Source: the human T2T-CHM13v2.0 reference genome, Homo sapiens
Assembly (NCBI RefSeq): GCF_009914755.1
Contig: NC_060929.1
Direction: 5' to 3' (one strand)
Length of the DNA stretch: 64,000 bases
Shown here in pieces: positions 14,111 through 28,099 of the stretch (within the stretch, counting starts at the first letter, position 1; each line of letters begins with the position of its first letter). The notes beneath the pieces are model-generated. The model saw only the letters and a list, made by a program, of their open reading frames with translations, was not told the origin of the DNA and searched no databases. Position numbers and translations under genes: made by a program.

Positions 14111-15237
14111 GGATTTTTCTTAATGAAAACTCACAGATAGCATCATTTGAAATAAGGTTAGTGTTTGAGAATCGGTTATATAAGTCAGTCTAAAAATAGA
14201 TCACAGTAGGAAATACCCTGTGAATTTTGTTACTGTATCGGCAAATTTGCATTCCTCCTCTGTGTGTACTTTGCATGCAAATATAGCAACATTGCCCTAA
14301 GTAAATAAAATGGTTCTAGACAAAAACCTGGTTACAAAGTAGACACCAAATTTCACTGGAAATAACCAATAATACACTTGGAGATAAGTTACCAAACAAG
14401 AGTGTAGGAGAACCAAATGATTGCCAAAGACTATGAATTTGGTAGAGATACATCAGAAGATAAGCAGAGGCACAGAAGTGGAAATGAAACTATGCCATGT
14501 GGTGTACAGGTTCAAAACTGTTTTGCTGAATTCCTTAGTTCAAGATACCCTCAAGAACAATTTTCATTCTAGCTGTGGAGCGCTAGGGAACACAGGAGGG
14601 TCAGTGATGGCATTCCCCATAGTTAGGTGACATCTATATATCTGGAAATGCTGATTTCAGTAGCAGCTTCTCTTATGAATTCAGGAAAAAATGCTCATGC
14701 TTTTGACTCATTCTAAATTGTGAAATCTTTTTTGAGAGTTAAAAAAAATTAGAAGAGATGTTTTAAGGTGTAAATAAATATGTTATCCTAGATAATCTGT
14801 GGAATTTTCAAAACAATATGGTATTTTTTTAAGTCACACTTTAAAATATGGTGATTTTTTTGTTCTTGTTTTACTGGTTGTGTTTCTGTATTGGTTAATC
14901 TGGAGAGGAAATAAGAGTGAAGACTGTTTTTTGTGGTCAGCAGCCTTATACGACAGCGGAAGCAGCCTCTTTGCGTTTATAGAGGAGGGTCAGCTGTACC
15001 TGTGATTTATCTTGGTGTCTTCTCCAGTGTCTCTTCTAACTAGTGTTTATCTTCTGGGATTACCAAATTTGGCTGGCCATCCAAATTGCCAGAGAAGCTT
15101 CTTAAAAAACATAGATTCTCAGGTTCCATCTTCCAAGGTTCTGATAGTGTTAGAGTAGTGTCTGCAAAGCTCTATAGGCATGCTAATGAAATAATGGGTT
15201 CGGAAAAGAATGATTGCCATAAATAAAATAGTATACA

Positions 15238-15574
15238 CGGTCATTCACCACATAACAATGTTTTCATCAGCAGTGGAGCACATACCAGAAGGTGATCTCA
15301 GAAGATGATAATACCTTGTTTTCCTGTACCCTTTCTATGTTTAGATACACAAATGCTTACTCAAGTGTTATAGTTGCCTCCAGTATTCGGTACAGGAACA
15401 TGCTGTACAGATTTGTAGCCTATCAGTAGGCTACCCCATATAGCCTAGGTGTGTAGTGGCTACTGCATCCATGTTTGTGCAAGTGTACTCTAGGATGATG
15501 TTTGTCCAAGGACAGAATCTCCTCAAAGATGAATTTCTTAAAATGTGGTCTCCTGACTAAGCGACCTGTGACTG
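15238..15574. mobile_element. Tigger3/MER7-like DNA transposon fossil
   Basis: Degenerate terminal inverted repeats cggtcattcaccacataac ... taagcgacctgtgactg followed by TA; ~340 bp. Confidence 0.7.
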
Positions 15575-16338
15575 TACTTTACCTTTCATTTAGATGTCAC
15601 AAAACTCTTTTAAAGAAAACTATTTAAGATTATATACTTTCAAATATGTACCTTAAAATATGTGAATTAAGAATATGTTAATAGTTTATTTAAAAAGAAG
15701 GATGTGTAATTGTAGGGATAAAATATGGCTTGTAATTTTGTTCAAATCAAGTCTAGTTTATTCTTTGAATCTAAAATTCTGGCTGTTGAGAGCCAAATAA
15801 TTTATGACTATTTAATAATATGTATTATTTAGAGTAATATATGCATACTTATACAATTAAGACTGATATACAATACAATTATATGTTATAGAGAATAAGA
15901 ATAATGTGTAATTAACATAATATATAATTGACAATACCATGTACTAAAATGCTTATAAACATATAAAAGCAGTTCAGAGGATGGATAATTAGAAAGCGTA
16001 ATGTCAAAGTAGGAGCAAAGTCAGGAAGAATAAGCCCTTCTCAGGTCTGCTGATGAAGTCGTGTGCATGAGCAAGATGGGTGTGGGGAGGCTGGAGCACA
16101 GCCTAGTGGGCTGCCACGTGTGCACAGGTGCACCAGCACAGGAGAGGAGCAGCAGAGCCTGGTCCTGCCTGTCCTTTTCGTGCCGTGGCACTATACGCAG
16201 GAGATGGGACTCAGAGCGAGGCAGTTGCTGGGTGACAAGGACAGTAGTGTGGGCTGAGGGCAAAGGGTGAAAGTGAGTGAAGCCTGCTGTTTAGGCCTGG
16301 CAGATTTCTCAGAGGTGACATTAACACCCCCACCCCCC

Positions 16339-16339
<1 letters not shown>

Positions 16340-16379
<40 letters not shown>
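16340..16379. repeat. (CA)~20 microsatellite
   Basis: Read directly. Confidence 0.95.
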
Positions 16380-16381
<2 letters not shown>

Positions 16382-16537
16382 ATCTGGATGAGAGTTTGAA
16401 TTGTTACTAAGGAGAAACTGTTAGTGAACTTTCTTGCCATTTCTGAATCTGACCTTGACTGAAAAATTGAGTAAAAAATCAAGTTGGTAGGCTGTGATTT
16501 AATAATAATAACTTAAGTCACACACTAATCTTCATAA

Positions 16538-16942
<405 letters not shown>

Positions 16943-18699
16943 TGAGACTTGCGTTATCTAATGTTGGATTCAGGTGTGAGCATTGCTAACAGCAAATGGT
17001 CACAGGATTAGTACACGGGGTTTACTCCAACCTACCTTAATGATTAACTATTAAAGAGCATTTTGTGGAATGCTTGAATTGCTCTAGAGTCACAGAAATG
17101 TGGTGGAGAATAGAAACTGATCTCACTGCAGTGCTCAGTTCTTGGCAGAGCTGAAGCCTAGAAAGATTAAGCCCTTCTCTGAGGCCATCCAGTGGAAAGG
17201 TAGCAAAGTTGGGACAGAAATTTGCCTACCACTGGATTCAGTGGAGTGTAAATCTGTAGAATACCACCTTTCTGCCCCAAAGAGCTTATAAAATCCTGAA
17301 TAATTTGCCCCTCCTTGTATTAACTGGAACCTAGAGCTAGAAAAACACTGTGTCACATGTCAGGTTTCTGCAGGTCAGACCGAAGTAGCCATTATTCAGT
17401 GATTTCTATCTGTTCTCTTGGCAAATCTGTCAGCTTTCCTTTGAAATTGTGTCAGCTCACCTTTCCTTTGCAAACTTGCATCCAGAATCTTAAATGAAAA
17501 CCCTGCTGTCTTTATCTTCTAATTAGTGTTTATTAGAAGGGTCTGCCTGTAGACTTACTTTCTGTGCAGGCCTCAGCTCTGCTGGGGCTCCCTTGACAGT
17601 GCTGGGGATTGCATTGTCATGGACGTTGAGATTAGCTCCTCATTTCTTATTTGTATTCTAATACGGCTGGATGGCCCTGGAGTGTCCTCACATACCTTCT
17701 GTGGGGAGCTCTTCCTCCATCATGGCCAATCTGTCATCTCTGTCAGGTCATCGTATATTGAGTCTTTTTCCCCAAATCATCTACTAGACTCATGATTTCC
17801 TCTTATTTTACTCCTTAGCTCCATTAATTTAAATCACTTATAAAACTGAATTTCATTAAGTGCTTTTAATTGAAAGGGAGCCCTTATAACATGATGATAT
17901 ATTTCCTGGGAACGCATGCACATCCCATGATTGAGTAATACCATAGCTGTGCTAGATGTGCATCCCTTTCTCTGCTGTTAGTCATACAGTTAATATCCGT
18001 GGTAGATTGTTCCAGAGGACAGATCCAGTGGTATGCTGGTAGCAGTTTAATCTGATTGCAAAGAGATATTTGAAAGTGGTCAGTGACCTGAAATTTCTGA
18101 TTTCTGAAGTAAATTACTTTTCAGTTTCCTAGGCTCCCTAGAAATTATTCAGATATTTACAATATCATCTTACATTGGGAGTTATCCTGATATTCTTTGA
18201 TCAGTAATTATGTACTGAGCATCTGCTGTGTATCTCAATATTCAGGCTGCACGTACCTAGCACTAAGCTAGTTCCTGTAGAGGATACAAAGTAATGCAAA
18301 TTACTTAAGCGTCCCATGCCTCAGCTTCTCCACATTTAAAATAGAGATGAAACTCATATGCTGGATCCACATATAGACCTGTGGGACACTTGTAGTATTG
18401 AGAGAGAATGTGAACACAGAACGCTGAGCATACAATATGATACTGTTGTAAAAGCACATCCAAGATATGTTCGCAATTCTCCTACTTAGGAGTCAAAAGA
18501 AGATGAGGATTTGCCTGGATGGAGGGAACAGGATTCCACTTTGAAGCAAGTTCTCATCCATAGGAGAGCTCCTGGAGTAAGGGAAGGCTGCGAGTGTAGG
18601 GGAATGGGGGGAATGATGCCATCCTGCTTGCTTTAGCCTTTGGGGAATTTGGTTGCCCTGTGATCTCCATCCTTGGATCTTTGGTTCTCATACCTGTTA

Positions 18700-19965
18700 G
18701 TTATTATTGAGAACCCTCAAAGAACTTTTGTTACTCCAGGTTACATCTATCTGTATTTACTTTGTTAGTAATTAAAAACTCAGAAATTGTTTATTTAGTT
18801 ATTCATTTAAAATGAACAGTAATGAACCCATAAATGACGTTTTTAATGAAAGATAACTATATTTCCAAAACAAACAAAAAATAATGAGAATCGCATTGCC
18901 TTGTTGCAGACCTTTGTACTGTCTGGTTTGATATCAGATGGCTGATTTTTCATTATCTGTTCTGCATTCATTCTCGTGTGTTTTTCATATCCGTAAGACT
19001 GAATATATGAAGAAAACCCATTCTCATACAAATACACAGTTAATGGAGGGCAGAATCTTTTACTAGCCTTTTCAAATACGGATATTCTTTTTTGATGCTA
19101 CAATAAAACTCAACAAGTAGTAATTTCTTAAAGGGTACTTGAAGTGTGAAATCTGAAATGCTGTCAGTGAGCTTTTTATACCTTGTTACACTAAAATCCA
19201 TTGAGCTAGCTTAAATGTTGAAGGGATCCTTTTGCCCACTTATGATTTTGTAACCTGCATTATTCACTTGGAAAATAATTGATTGACATAGATCTTCGAA
19301 ATGCCAACAATACCCAAAAATCACATTTAATATCACCAATCTCATCACAGAAAAGTCTTAAATATTGTAAAGCTGTCAAGCTCAGGATAGCTGATGAAAA
19401 TTGTTCCAAACTTTTAATTTTGCTTAAAAGCTCAGATGTTATTGACCACGAGGATAAAGTTCATTTAAGTTACAGGTTCACTTTGTTTATTGTTGAAAAA
19501 AATCTGCGTTGTTCCAGTTAGCCATAGTTTGTCAGTTCTTTCAATCAAAGGTGGTGTCCTATGAGAAAAAAGCGCCTAATTTCACTCACAAGACAAACAA
19601 TTGGATAAGTGCATTTCTTCACAACAACCAGTGTACTCAGTGTATGGGGGAGTGCTTCCTGTGCCGTCTACAGCATGTTACAGAGTTCTGTGCTTAGGGG
19701 TCCAGGTTTAGTGAGAGTAATTGTGACTAAGTAAAATTGGCTTTTTGAGTGTGAGCACCTGGCAGTGGAGAATAACTCCCATTTAGCGAGGTGCCACTGT
19801 CTTGACTTGCACTCACAGTCCGGTAGTTTGATCTGCTGTGGCTTTTGCACCATCAGACCACATGTCAGCACTGGGAGGAAGGCACTTAACTTCTTAGCAT
19901 TGTTGTGAAGTAGTTTGACTTAGAGGACACTAAGGTTTCTGTAGACTACACTTGAGAATTACTGC
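18700..19965. mobile_element. hAT Charlie1-like DNA transposon fossil
   Basis: Recalled Charlie1 motifs (gaaccctcaaagaacttttgtt..., tctgttctgcattcattctc, ...ctacacttgagaattactg). Confidence 0.6.
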
Positions 19966-20288
19966 TCTGTGGTATAATAGCAGTTGCCAAAGTGTCAGAC
20001 CAAAAATACATATTTTGGTGGGACCATAGTCTTATCTTTGATCTGTTAACTTAACAGAAGTCAGGCGTTTCACATTGGCCCTACTGAAACCATTCTTTCT
20101 TCTAAATTCTATTTATTCCATTGTAACTTGGAAAGCAACACATTGTATATCATCTGGTATAGGTGATTGCAAGACGAAATGATGAGGCATTTTGATCACC
20201 TCTTGTAAGAGAAGTGGACCTTTAAATTCTTAGGAAAAGTTAATCAACATTTAACTGGACTGTTTACATTTTGGTTTGTTTCCCCTAG

Positions 20289-20387
20289 GTCGTTTAGGCC
20301 AATTGGGTTTGAAAGAAGGATTTCCATCTGCTGTGAAAAATATTAGTTCGGTTATTGGTATGTTTATACAGCATGCTCACGATGAAG
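20289..20387 (+). CDS. ICE1: ICE1 penultimate coding exon
   Basis: Acceptor tttgtttcccctag|, donor AAG|GTAAAA. Encodes (G)RLGQLGLKEGFPSAVKNISSVIGMFIQHAHDE; 99 nt, phase 1 to 1. Not in the ORF track. Confidence 0.9.
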
Positions 20388-21847
20388 GTAAAACTTACAT
20401 CTATTAAAATTACTTTTAAGTAACTTGTGTTTCTCATAGTTAAACCTTTTTTGGGGTCCTTGCTGTGTGCTGTGCTCTGTGCTTTGCTTGCTGCCTCATA
20501 GATTAGGGAATATTTGCAAAACATTCCAGCATTAATATTGGAATGTGTGTGTGGATTTTGTGGTGGTATTTGATTACTTAAATAAAAGTCGTTTGCCTTG
20601 TTGGGCACTGCTTTCCTAAGGAAGAAGAAAGTCTCTTCTCTTCCTGCGGCTAACATTCTGCCTCTAAAACTCTGTACTGTGTGATCCCTGACAAGTGACT
20701 TAACCTGGGCTCTCTGCGAGGCCTCCTGGGTGGAGCTGTGTCTTGACGGAATGAAATCCGTGATGTACAGTGAGATGCCAGGTATCACAGAGTACTTAGC
20801 ATCAAGGGGGGAGAGCTTGGAAACCTGGAGACCTTGTGAGCAAGGCTTCGTAGTGGGGATTTCTATTATCATTTACGTATTGCATAGCATGTAATTTTAT
20901 CTCTTGTGGGAGAAGCTTAACTCAAAGTAACTCTTATAAGGGATGAATCTAGTTTTTATTTTGAATATTGTATAATCAAGGAATAATACAGTTAAGCAAC
21001 ATGCCATCAGAAATGCACAGAGTTACATTTTAAATACTGTATAACACCCAAGATGATCTTAACATGGTAGGTTGTCTTCAGCTTTCAGTGGGAGACTGTA
21101 TATTTAGCTTAATGAGAACAGTGTTTCTCATTTAAGCTGCTTTATCTGAAATACCTTCTTTAACTTTAGGATAGCTGCTGAAGTGGTACACATTTCTTCC
21201 ATATTACAGTGTACTTTTTTACAATTGAGGTTGTATATTGACATAAAAGAAAGTAGCCAGAATAATGGCTAATGAGTTGTTTTGCCAGCAGATGCAGTTT
21301 ACTCTGATACTACAGTGGGTGTAACCTAGAAGCTGTGGTAATCCTCGTCCCCATGAGGGAGAAGGAGGAGCTGATGTTGGGGCCTGCTATAGATTAGACC
21401 TTGTGCATGGCACTGCCCCACAGCCTAACGGGATCCCCAAGACAGCCATCTGAGTGGATGGCATTGTCCTTCTTGTATACAGGAGGAAACCAAAGCTCAG
21501 AGAGAAGAGTGATTTGCTGAAGGTGAGGCTAGGAAGTGCCATCCCTGCTGTTTGCCCAGGTCTGTCCCTCTCCAGAGCTAGCTCTTTAAATAGTGCCACA
21601 TGCTGTTATTTATTAAAATTATTTTTAACCTCTTGTGTTTCTCTTACTGTTACACTTTTTTATTTGTTTGAGTCATGGCCTTACTGTGTGCCCCGTGCTC
21701 TGTGCTTTCTCATTGCTTGTGGTTTATGGGGGGGAGTAATATTAAGAGCTGCAGTTGTGCCTGCTTGTCAGCATTCATGTTTGAATGTGTGGGCTTTTGT
21801 ATTATTTGAAATAGTGCTAGTTTACCTTGTTGGAGAAAACTGAGGTA

Positions 21848-22080
21848 CACATTGAGTATATTTTATTTGAAATGCTTGGGACCAGAAGTGTTTTAGACTT
21901 CAGATTTTCTTGGATTTTGGAGTGTTTCCTTTATATTTATGAGTTGAGAGCATCCCTAATCAGAAAATCAGAATGCTCCAGTGAGTATTTCCTTTGTGGG
22001 TCATGTTGATGCTCCAGAAGTTTCAGCTTCGGAGCATTTTGGATTTCAGATTTTTGGAGTAGGAATACAGTGCAACCTCC
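21848..22080. mobile_element. MER46C/Tigger4-like DNA transposon fossil
   Basis: gaaatgcttgggaccagaagtgtttt...gagcattttggatttcagattttt with degenerate terminal inverted repeats. Confidence 0.7.
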
Positions 22081-22721
22081 AACTTTAACTCCTAAATTGT
22101 TTAACCTAAATTATCTAAGTAAATGAAATTTTCATAACTCTGAAATAAACTTACCTTAAAAGAGAACTGTGATAATACACTGTAATGTATAACTTAGCTG
22201 TAATCCAGAATCATACACTGTACTGTAGTTTTTGAAAGTATGGTACGCTACAAAAAGTTTTTCATTATATCTCTTATTATGTTTTCTCATTTCCAAAGTC
22301 CATTTATAAATGCTTCCCGTGGATATCTCATAGAGTCATATGTTTAATGAAGGTTTTAGGATCACGTTTTATTAAAACTTAAATATGGGAGTGTGATCCT
22401 TCCAGAACTGTTTTGGGAAGCTCAGTCGTGGCCGTGGGTGACTGGGATCTTGGAGGCCCTCTCCTTTTTAAAAACACACAAACAGTCCTCAGAACACTGC
22501 TGGGGCCAGGAAACTACAGACAGCTACTGTCTGGCTTTTCTTCTTTTTTATTTGTGGACAGGTCTTAAATGAATTTTTTTACTGTGGGTTTTTTTATATT
22601 TAATTTTCATTGCTGGCAGAAAGCATTCTGTATTTGAATAGTATTCCAGTAGGTTACATCACTAAAATTTTGAATAACAGATATTTTCTTGTTTTATGAC
22701 TGATCTGAAATTTCTTTTCAG

Positions 22722-22903
22722 ATATACCATGGGGTATACAGTTAGCAGCCGTGTATGCTCTTTGTGACTTGAGTCCCAGCAATCCAGCAGAAATTTCCAA
22801 GATCCTGGAAGCTTGGCGGAGAGAGGCCTCCAAAAGCGTTCCGTCTGCGATTGTCAGCTGCCTAGAGGAAGTCAGTGCCCTGAGCACAGAGGAGCTTGGC
22901 TGA
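22722..22903 (+). CDS. ICE1: ICE1 terminal exon, coding part
   Basis: Acceptor tttcttttcag|. Encodes (D)IPWGIQLAAVYALCDLSPSNPAEISKILEAWRREASKSVPSAIVSCLEEVSALSTEELG then TGA (22901-22903). All six exons splice into one continuous frame. Confidence 0.9.
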
Positions 22904-23800
22904 CCTGGGATGCCACTGAGGCTTGAGAAGTGCCTTGACACATTTTGAACACAAATAGTTTGATCAGCTTTCAGAATACAAAGGGAGGTTTCAAAACAAA
23001 AAGACATAAAATAGATAAAACAGACCAGAGGCTCTCCTTATTGTTTGGCAAGGAGACAGGAGAAACAAGCAGTCGCATAGTCGTTTTTCCCTAAATCTAA
23101 TACGTTTCACTTAAGGCTGTTGTGATCTGTGACATATGGGTTATATTATTGTGTCTTTGTCAAACAACAAAAACTTGAACTTAGCCCTTTTTTTGCTGCA
23201 GAAAGTGTCCTTTTAGTGGCTTCTTAAAATTGAGTGGCATTTTATAATGAACTTACCAATATAAAAACATGATTTGGTTCCTGAGCTGTTGTTGTTGGAC
23301 TTGTGTTCCAATGAGTGACTAGGAAAAAATAAATTGGCAAAAACCTAGAGTTTTCTGCTATCTTTGCTGGAAATGAGTTGCAAAAGTTTTTCTCAAGATG
23401 TAGTGCGTAATTGATCAGAGCAAAACATGCAGAGCCCTTAGCAGAAACCCACTTTAATGCATTTTCTTCATATCCCTAAAGTTCCTTAAAAATATGTGAC
23501 AATGCATCAGGAAGAGGAGAACTGAAGAGTAGAAGTTCCCTTGCAGATTTTTTTATCAGTGACATGTAATGAGCAATTCACAGATGAGCGCAGGCAGAGC
23601 TCTGTGTGCCGTGTACATATGGACCGTGCTATGATGTGTCTCACATTGGATGATATTCCACTTTGGGAATTTTAGTATTTGTATATAGAAAATGGGTTTA
23701 ATAACTCACCATGGTTTTGATTTGTCTTATATTCGTTATTTCTTAAAACTCTTGTATGTGTTTTTATAATAAAAAATAAAAGTAAGCCATGGATATTACT
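22904..23800 (+). other. ICE1: ICE1 3'UTR (end approximate)
   Basis: AT-rich, repeat-free stretch between the stop codon and tandem polyadenylation signals. Confidence 0.75.
23768..23780 (+). terminator. Tandem AATAAA polyadenylation signals
   Basis: AATAAA at 23768-23773 and 23775-23780, with upstream TGTA and U-rich element and downstream GT/T-rich sequence. Confidence 0.75.
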
Positions 23801-24149
23801 GTTCTGATTATTAGAGTGAAACTGGGTGTTACTTCTGCTCTACCAAGGGTGAAGAAGACATCTAACCAAAGATAGAAGAAAATGGTCATTCCTAAAGAGA
23901 CCTGCCTTCTGGTGATAGAAACATTGCATTGCCAGTACTTACCCAGCTTTGAGTATTTACGGAGATGCTCTTTAGTGATACCAGATGCCAGATAATTAAG
24001 TGTTTACAGGCCCTCATGATTGGATTTTTTGTTTAATTACAGCTGCTGCCCTTTAACAATTGCATTTGGCAGCAATTTTGTTACTCCTTCCTTAAGTAAT
24101 TATAACAGGCAGAACTGAAATTTTTAAATCACTTGGTTGTCCTTTCGGA

Positions 24150-25060
24150 AGCTTTGTGTTGATAGTCATTCTTACTACCAATATGTTGAACATACTCTGC
24201 CAGGTGCCTTGCTGGGAGGAGCTAGTCACATGGCATTTGGGTAGAGGAAAATCCTAAACGAGTGGTCACCCAGTATATACAACAATCATAAATTGGGGAA
24301 ATAGCAACAAAGAAAACCTGGAGCTTTGCGTATAGAGTAGCAGGGTAGATGCCTCTTTCCACATCGTGGTCGAAGAGGATCTCTCTGAGGAGGTAACATT
24401 ACAAGGACCTGGATGGAGGAACCCAGACTTGAAAGCAGGCAGGAGGAATGTCCCTGCTGGGGCAGCCCTGCAAGGCAACAATCCCATGAGTGCCAGAAGG
24501 AGTCTGCTGGAGCCAAAACACCTGTCACGTGTCCATGGGATCAGGTTAGATAACTGCCAGTCACTCAAGACAGCTGGGAGCACTTTCATGCTGAGTGGCA
24601 TCTGAGGCTCCAGGGAGATTGAGTGGAGGTGTCACGTGCGATAGTTCACTGGAGCTGTTCTGATGAAAAGGGATGTGAGAAGGGCAAGAGGTGAAGTGGA
24701 GAGACCCTGTTAGGAGGCGACTGCAACAGGTGGAGCTGGGAGCTGACGGTTGTGAGGGTGCAGATGACAAAGGGCAGATGGACTTCACATCTATTGGGGT
24801 AGAATTGATGCTGTGTTCATGAAGTTCCGGGGAAGAATCAGGGAAGACGTCCAGGTTACTGAGTTGAGCACCTGGAGTTGGGGATAGATGCACACAGGTT
24901 TAGGAATTACAGGTGGTAGGAATCACGACTCGAGCTTTCCATTTGGGACATGGGAACCATAAGACCTCCAAGGAGAGGTGGCAGGGAACCTTTACAGGAA
25001 AAACTCTATAGAAGGGATGTGACAGAGCTTTGGAAGTTGATAGCATATGGAGACTACTTA
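24150..25060 (-). mobile_element. L2 remnant
   Basis: Degenerate reverse-strand L2 motifs (ctctctgaggaggtaacatt, ggagaccctgttaggaggcgactgcaacag). Confidence 0.55.
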
Positions 25061-26394
25061 AAGCTCTGTGTGTGTATTTCTGCGTTCACCTAGGGAGAAA
25101 AATAACTTCCCCCCAGTCCCTCCTATAATTTGAAGTGCCATGGGAGAGGGAGAAGATGAAAGACGGGGCAGGAGGTGTTTTGGGAGGAAACTTGTCAGTC
25201 ATGTATTGTCCAGGCACTTGGCTACCGATGTGGCTGGAAGCTGCAAGGTCAGGTGAGGTGAGTGACCTTGGTGAGCATCTCCCACATACTGATGGGCTTG
25301 GAATGGGTGGCACAGGGAGTGGGAAGTAAGGAAGAGAGAAGAGCAGGGCGTGGTCCACTGAGTTTGTGGAAATTGTGCTTAGTGAGTGGATTTGTCAGGT
25401 GGTTCAAACATGTTAAACCTCAGCAGTCGTATGTGTTTTTAATTAATGGAGAGGAGGGGCACTGTCGTTTATTAGCACCCGTGCTGACTTTTGCTTGCCA
25501 TACTTGTTCCTTGAGTTTACTTGGCAGCATCCACTCCATATGAACTGATGACGACAAATAATAGGCTTGAAGTTGCCCACTGTACTGTGTTATCCCCAGA
25601 GAGTGGAAAGGTTTTAAGCTGTTATTAATTTCTAGTACCGAAACAGAACATTATTTTAACGTTTTATTACTTGAACCAAAAAAAAAGACTAAAACTGTAA
25701 ACACAAAAATGAACACTTTTCAGCCTGGAGTTAGATGAGGCTTTCAACTGGTGCTTGGCGGCTCAAGCTGGTTCCCCTGCAGCTTGATAAGCCTTTCAGT
25801 GCAGAGGTAAGCAGGAGACACTGAATCAGGCTGCGCTGGGCAAAGGCAGAGATTCTCGGAGCGTCTGCACATGATGGTATTTGCGTGGGAAGCCAGGGCA
25901 GCAGTGAAGAGGGTGAAAATGGTCAACAGAGTGTGGACGGACAGCAAGATGATTACACACTTCGGAGTGTCATTTTTCACAGAGAAAGTACTCTGTTACA
26001 TTGTTTGTTTTTTAAAATAGGATGTGGCAGTGTAATTCAGCAAGTTCAATATTTAAGGAACATGAAATAGAAATAAATTCATACCTGGACTTGGAAAGAA
26101 CTGCACTGTAGCCATTAGAGGGCACTGTAGACTCACCCATGAACAAACCATCCGGAAGAGACAGGGAACCTTAACTGGTGAGGTCGTCTGGGTGCAGAAT
26201 TTGGCGCTCTGAGAGCCTTTCTATCAGGGAAGCATTTCCATTCACGTTTGGGGTGTTCCTTGCACTTCCTAGGGCCATTATTAATAAGTAAATGGGGAAA
26301 ATGTGTGGATAGAATAACATGTAAAGTTCGTGTTTAAGAGCACATTTCAAAAAAGAAAAAAGCAAATACTTAAGTCCTTTGATCAAAAAACAAC

Positions 26395-26637
26395 AAGAAG
26401 AAAGGGAAGGAAGGGAGAAAGAAGAAAAGAAAGAGAAAGAGAAAAAGAAAGGAAGGAAAGAGGAAAGAAAAAGAGAAAGAAAAAAGAAAGGAAAGAGAAG
26501 GAAGGAGGGAGGGAAGGAAGGAAGGAAGGAAGGAAGGAAGGAAGGAAGGAAGGAGGGAGGGAGGGAGGGAGGGAGGGAGGGAGGGAAGGAAGGAAGGAAG
26601 GAAGGAAGGAAGGAAGGGAAGGAAGGAAGGAGAAAGA
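26395..26637. repeat. Polypurine tract with compound (GGAA)10(GGAG)8(GGAA)8 microsatellite
   Basis: About 240 nt with only A and G on the + strand. Confidence 0.95.
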
Positions 26638-28099
26638 CAAGCAAGTGACCAGGTGAGTAATTGGTAGTGGCAGTGAAGTGAATGGCAGGTTGTGTCACTC
26701 TCCTCTGATGAACTGGCAGGCAAAGAAACTAGTCAATTAAGTCATCCTGCCCACATTGAACATTACTTTTTTCAAGCATCCCTGACGCATTATCTTGTGT
26801 AGAACCATATTACAAAGAATTTATAGTGCGAATAGAGCTCACACCTGGAAATCTAATCAACCGCCCTCATTAAGACTTAGGATGCAACAATGTTTCAATG
26901 AGGGGTGTTTTAAAAATTTAGGAGAAAGTTGAAAAAGTCAGATCTATAAACTTGTAAATGCTTTCCTCTCTTGCTTGCTTCCATCTACCTGACGCTTTCT
27001 CAAGGAAATTCAGAGTGCATAATTGTGAAACAAGAAGTTCATTTTCTTGCCCCTCCAAGGGGAATTTTGAGGAATTAAAGCGCCCTCACTGTATTGTAGT
27101 CAGTTTGTTTTGCACAACGAAATAGGTTCTGATGACAGAGGCAAAAACAGAAGTGTGAGTGAAGAGCCATAAAAATGATATAATTCAGTTTTCTATGAAA
27201 ATGAATGCTTTTGCTTGCTTTCATGAAGAACTTTGTGTTTTTGTGAAGGACGTTAGTACCTTGGAATGCCTTGGCTCAGGCCACCTTGTCTTCCAAAGCA
27301 CACAAGATGTGTCTCATCAGGGTGTCAAGGTGCCAGCGTTCACCCTGGAGCCCAGCTCTCATCAGCCATTCTCTTAACTGCACCTTTCGCGGGGCCTGTC
27401 GGCAGTGGGGAGCCTAAATCACACCTGGCTTCTTAGGACTGGAGATTCTAGAGCTTCACCCAAAACCCTTGAGTTTGAAACTCCGGGGGTGCCTCCCGGT
27501 GACATGGATGCCCCCAGCAGTTGGGTAGACACTGCCCAGTAAGTTCTCTGAGCATTGCGGCCTGCTCTGTTCTGCACCCGAGGTCTGCTCACCCTCCCCC
27601 TGCCTGAGCGGCCTCTGCCTTCTCAGCTGCTTTCTGTCTTCAGAGGGTCACAGCTCTGGTCTCTAGATGGCTTTCCCCACCGTCCCATCCCTTGATCCAT
27701 TTCCATGGAAATTTGGAAAGAGGAGAAGGTAAGCTGTTCACTGCCTTCCACCACCTTGAACTGAATCCAGTCCCTAGCTGGTTTTGTTTTTAATTTTTCC
27801 CATAGTCTTTAAGAATATTACTTTTTCCTTAACAGTCATCAATTGCTGCTCTGAGATAACCTCACCCTAAATTACGAGTACACAACTGAAAAACTCAAAA
27901 GGGAAGGCGAGGAGCTGAGAATGTAAACCCTCAACTACCAGACCTTCCACAGCCATAAACGGACCCTCCTAGGTATTGTTTCTCTGTATTAATTATTGTT
28001 ATACTATATCCATTTTAATAGTTTCACTTGTAATGCAATATATACTATTCTTGAATAGCCTCCTCTTGCCTGTGTATTATTGTATGCATATAGCAAATT

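Noticed and set aside
20294-20872. 192-aa minus-strand ORF overlapping an ICE1 exon
   Set aside because: No domain, crosses MIR-like and intronic sequence; likely chance.
25724-25806. Possible + strand read-through exon (ttttcag| ... GAG|GTAAGC)
   Set aside because: Weak polypyrimidine tract, lies after strong poly(A) signals, and has no other support in the sequence.
26171-26723. Long low-complexity ORFs (PSFL / KEGR repeats)
   Set aside because: Translations of the GGAA/GGAG microsatellite.
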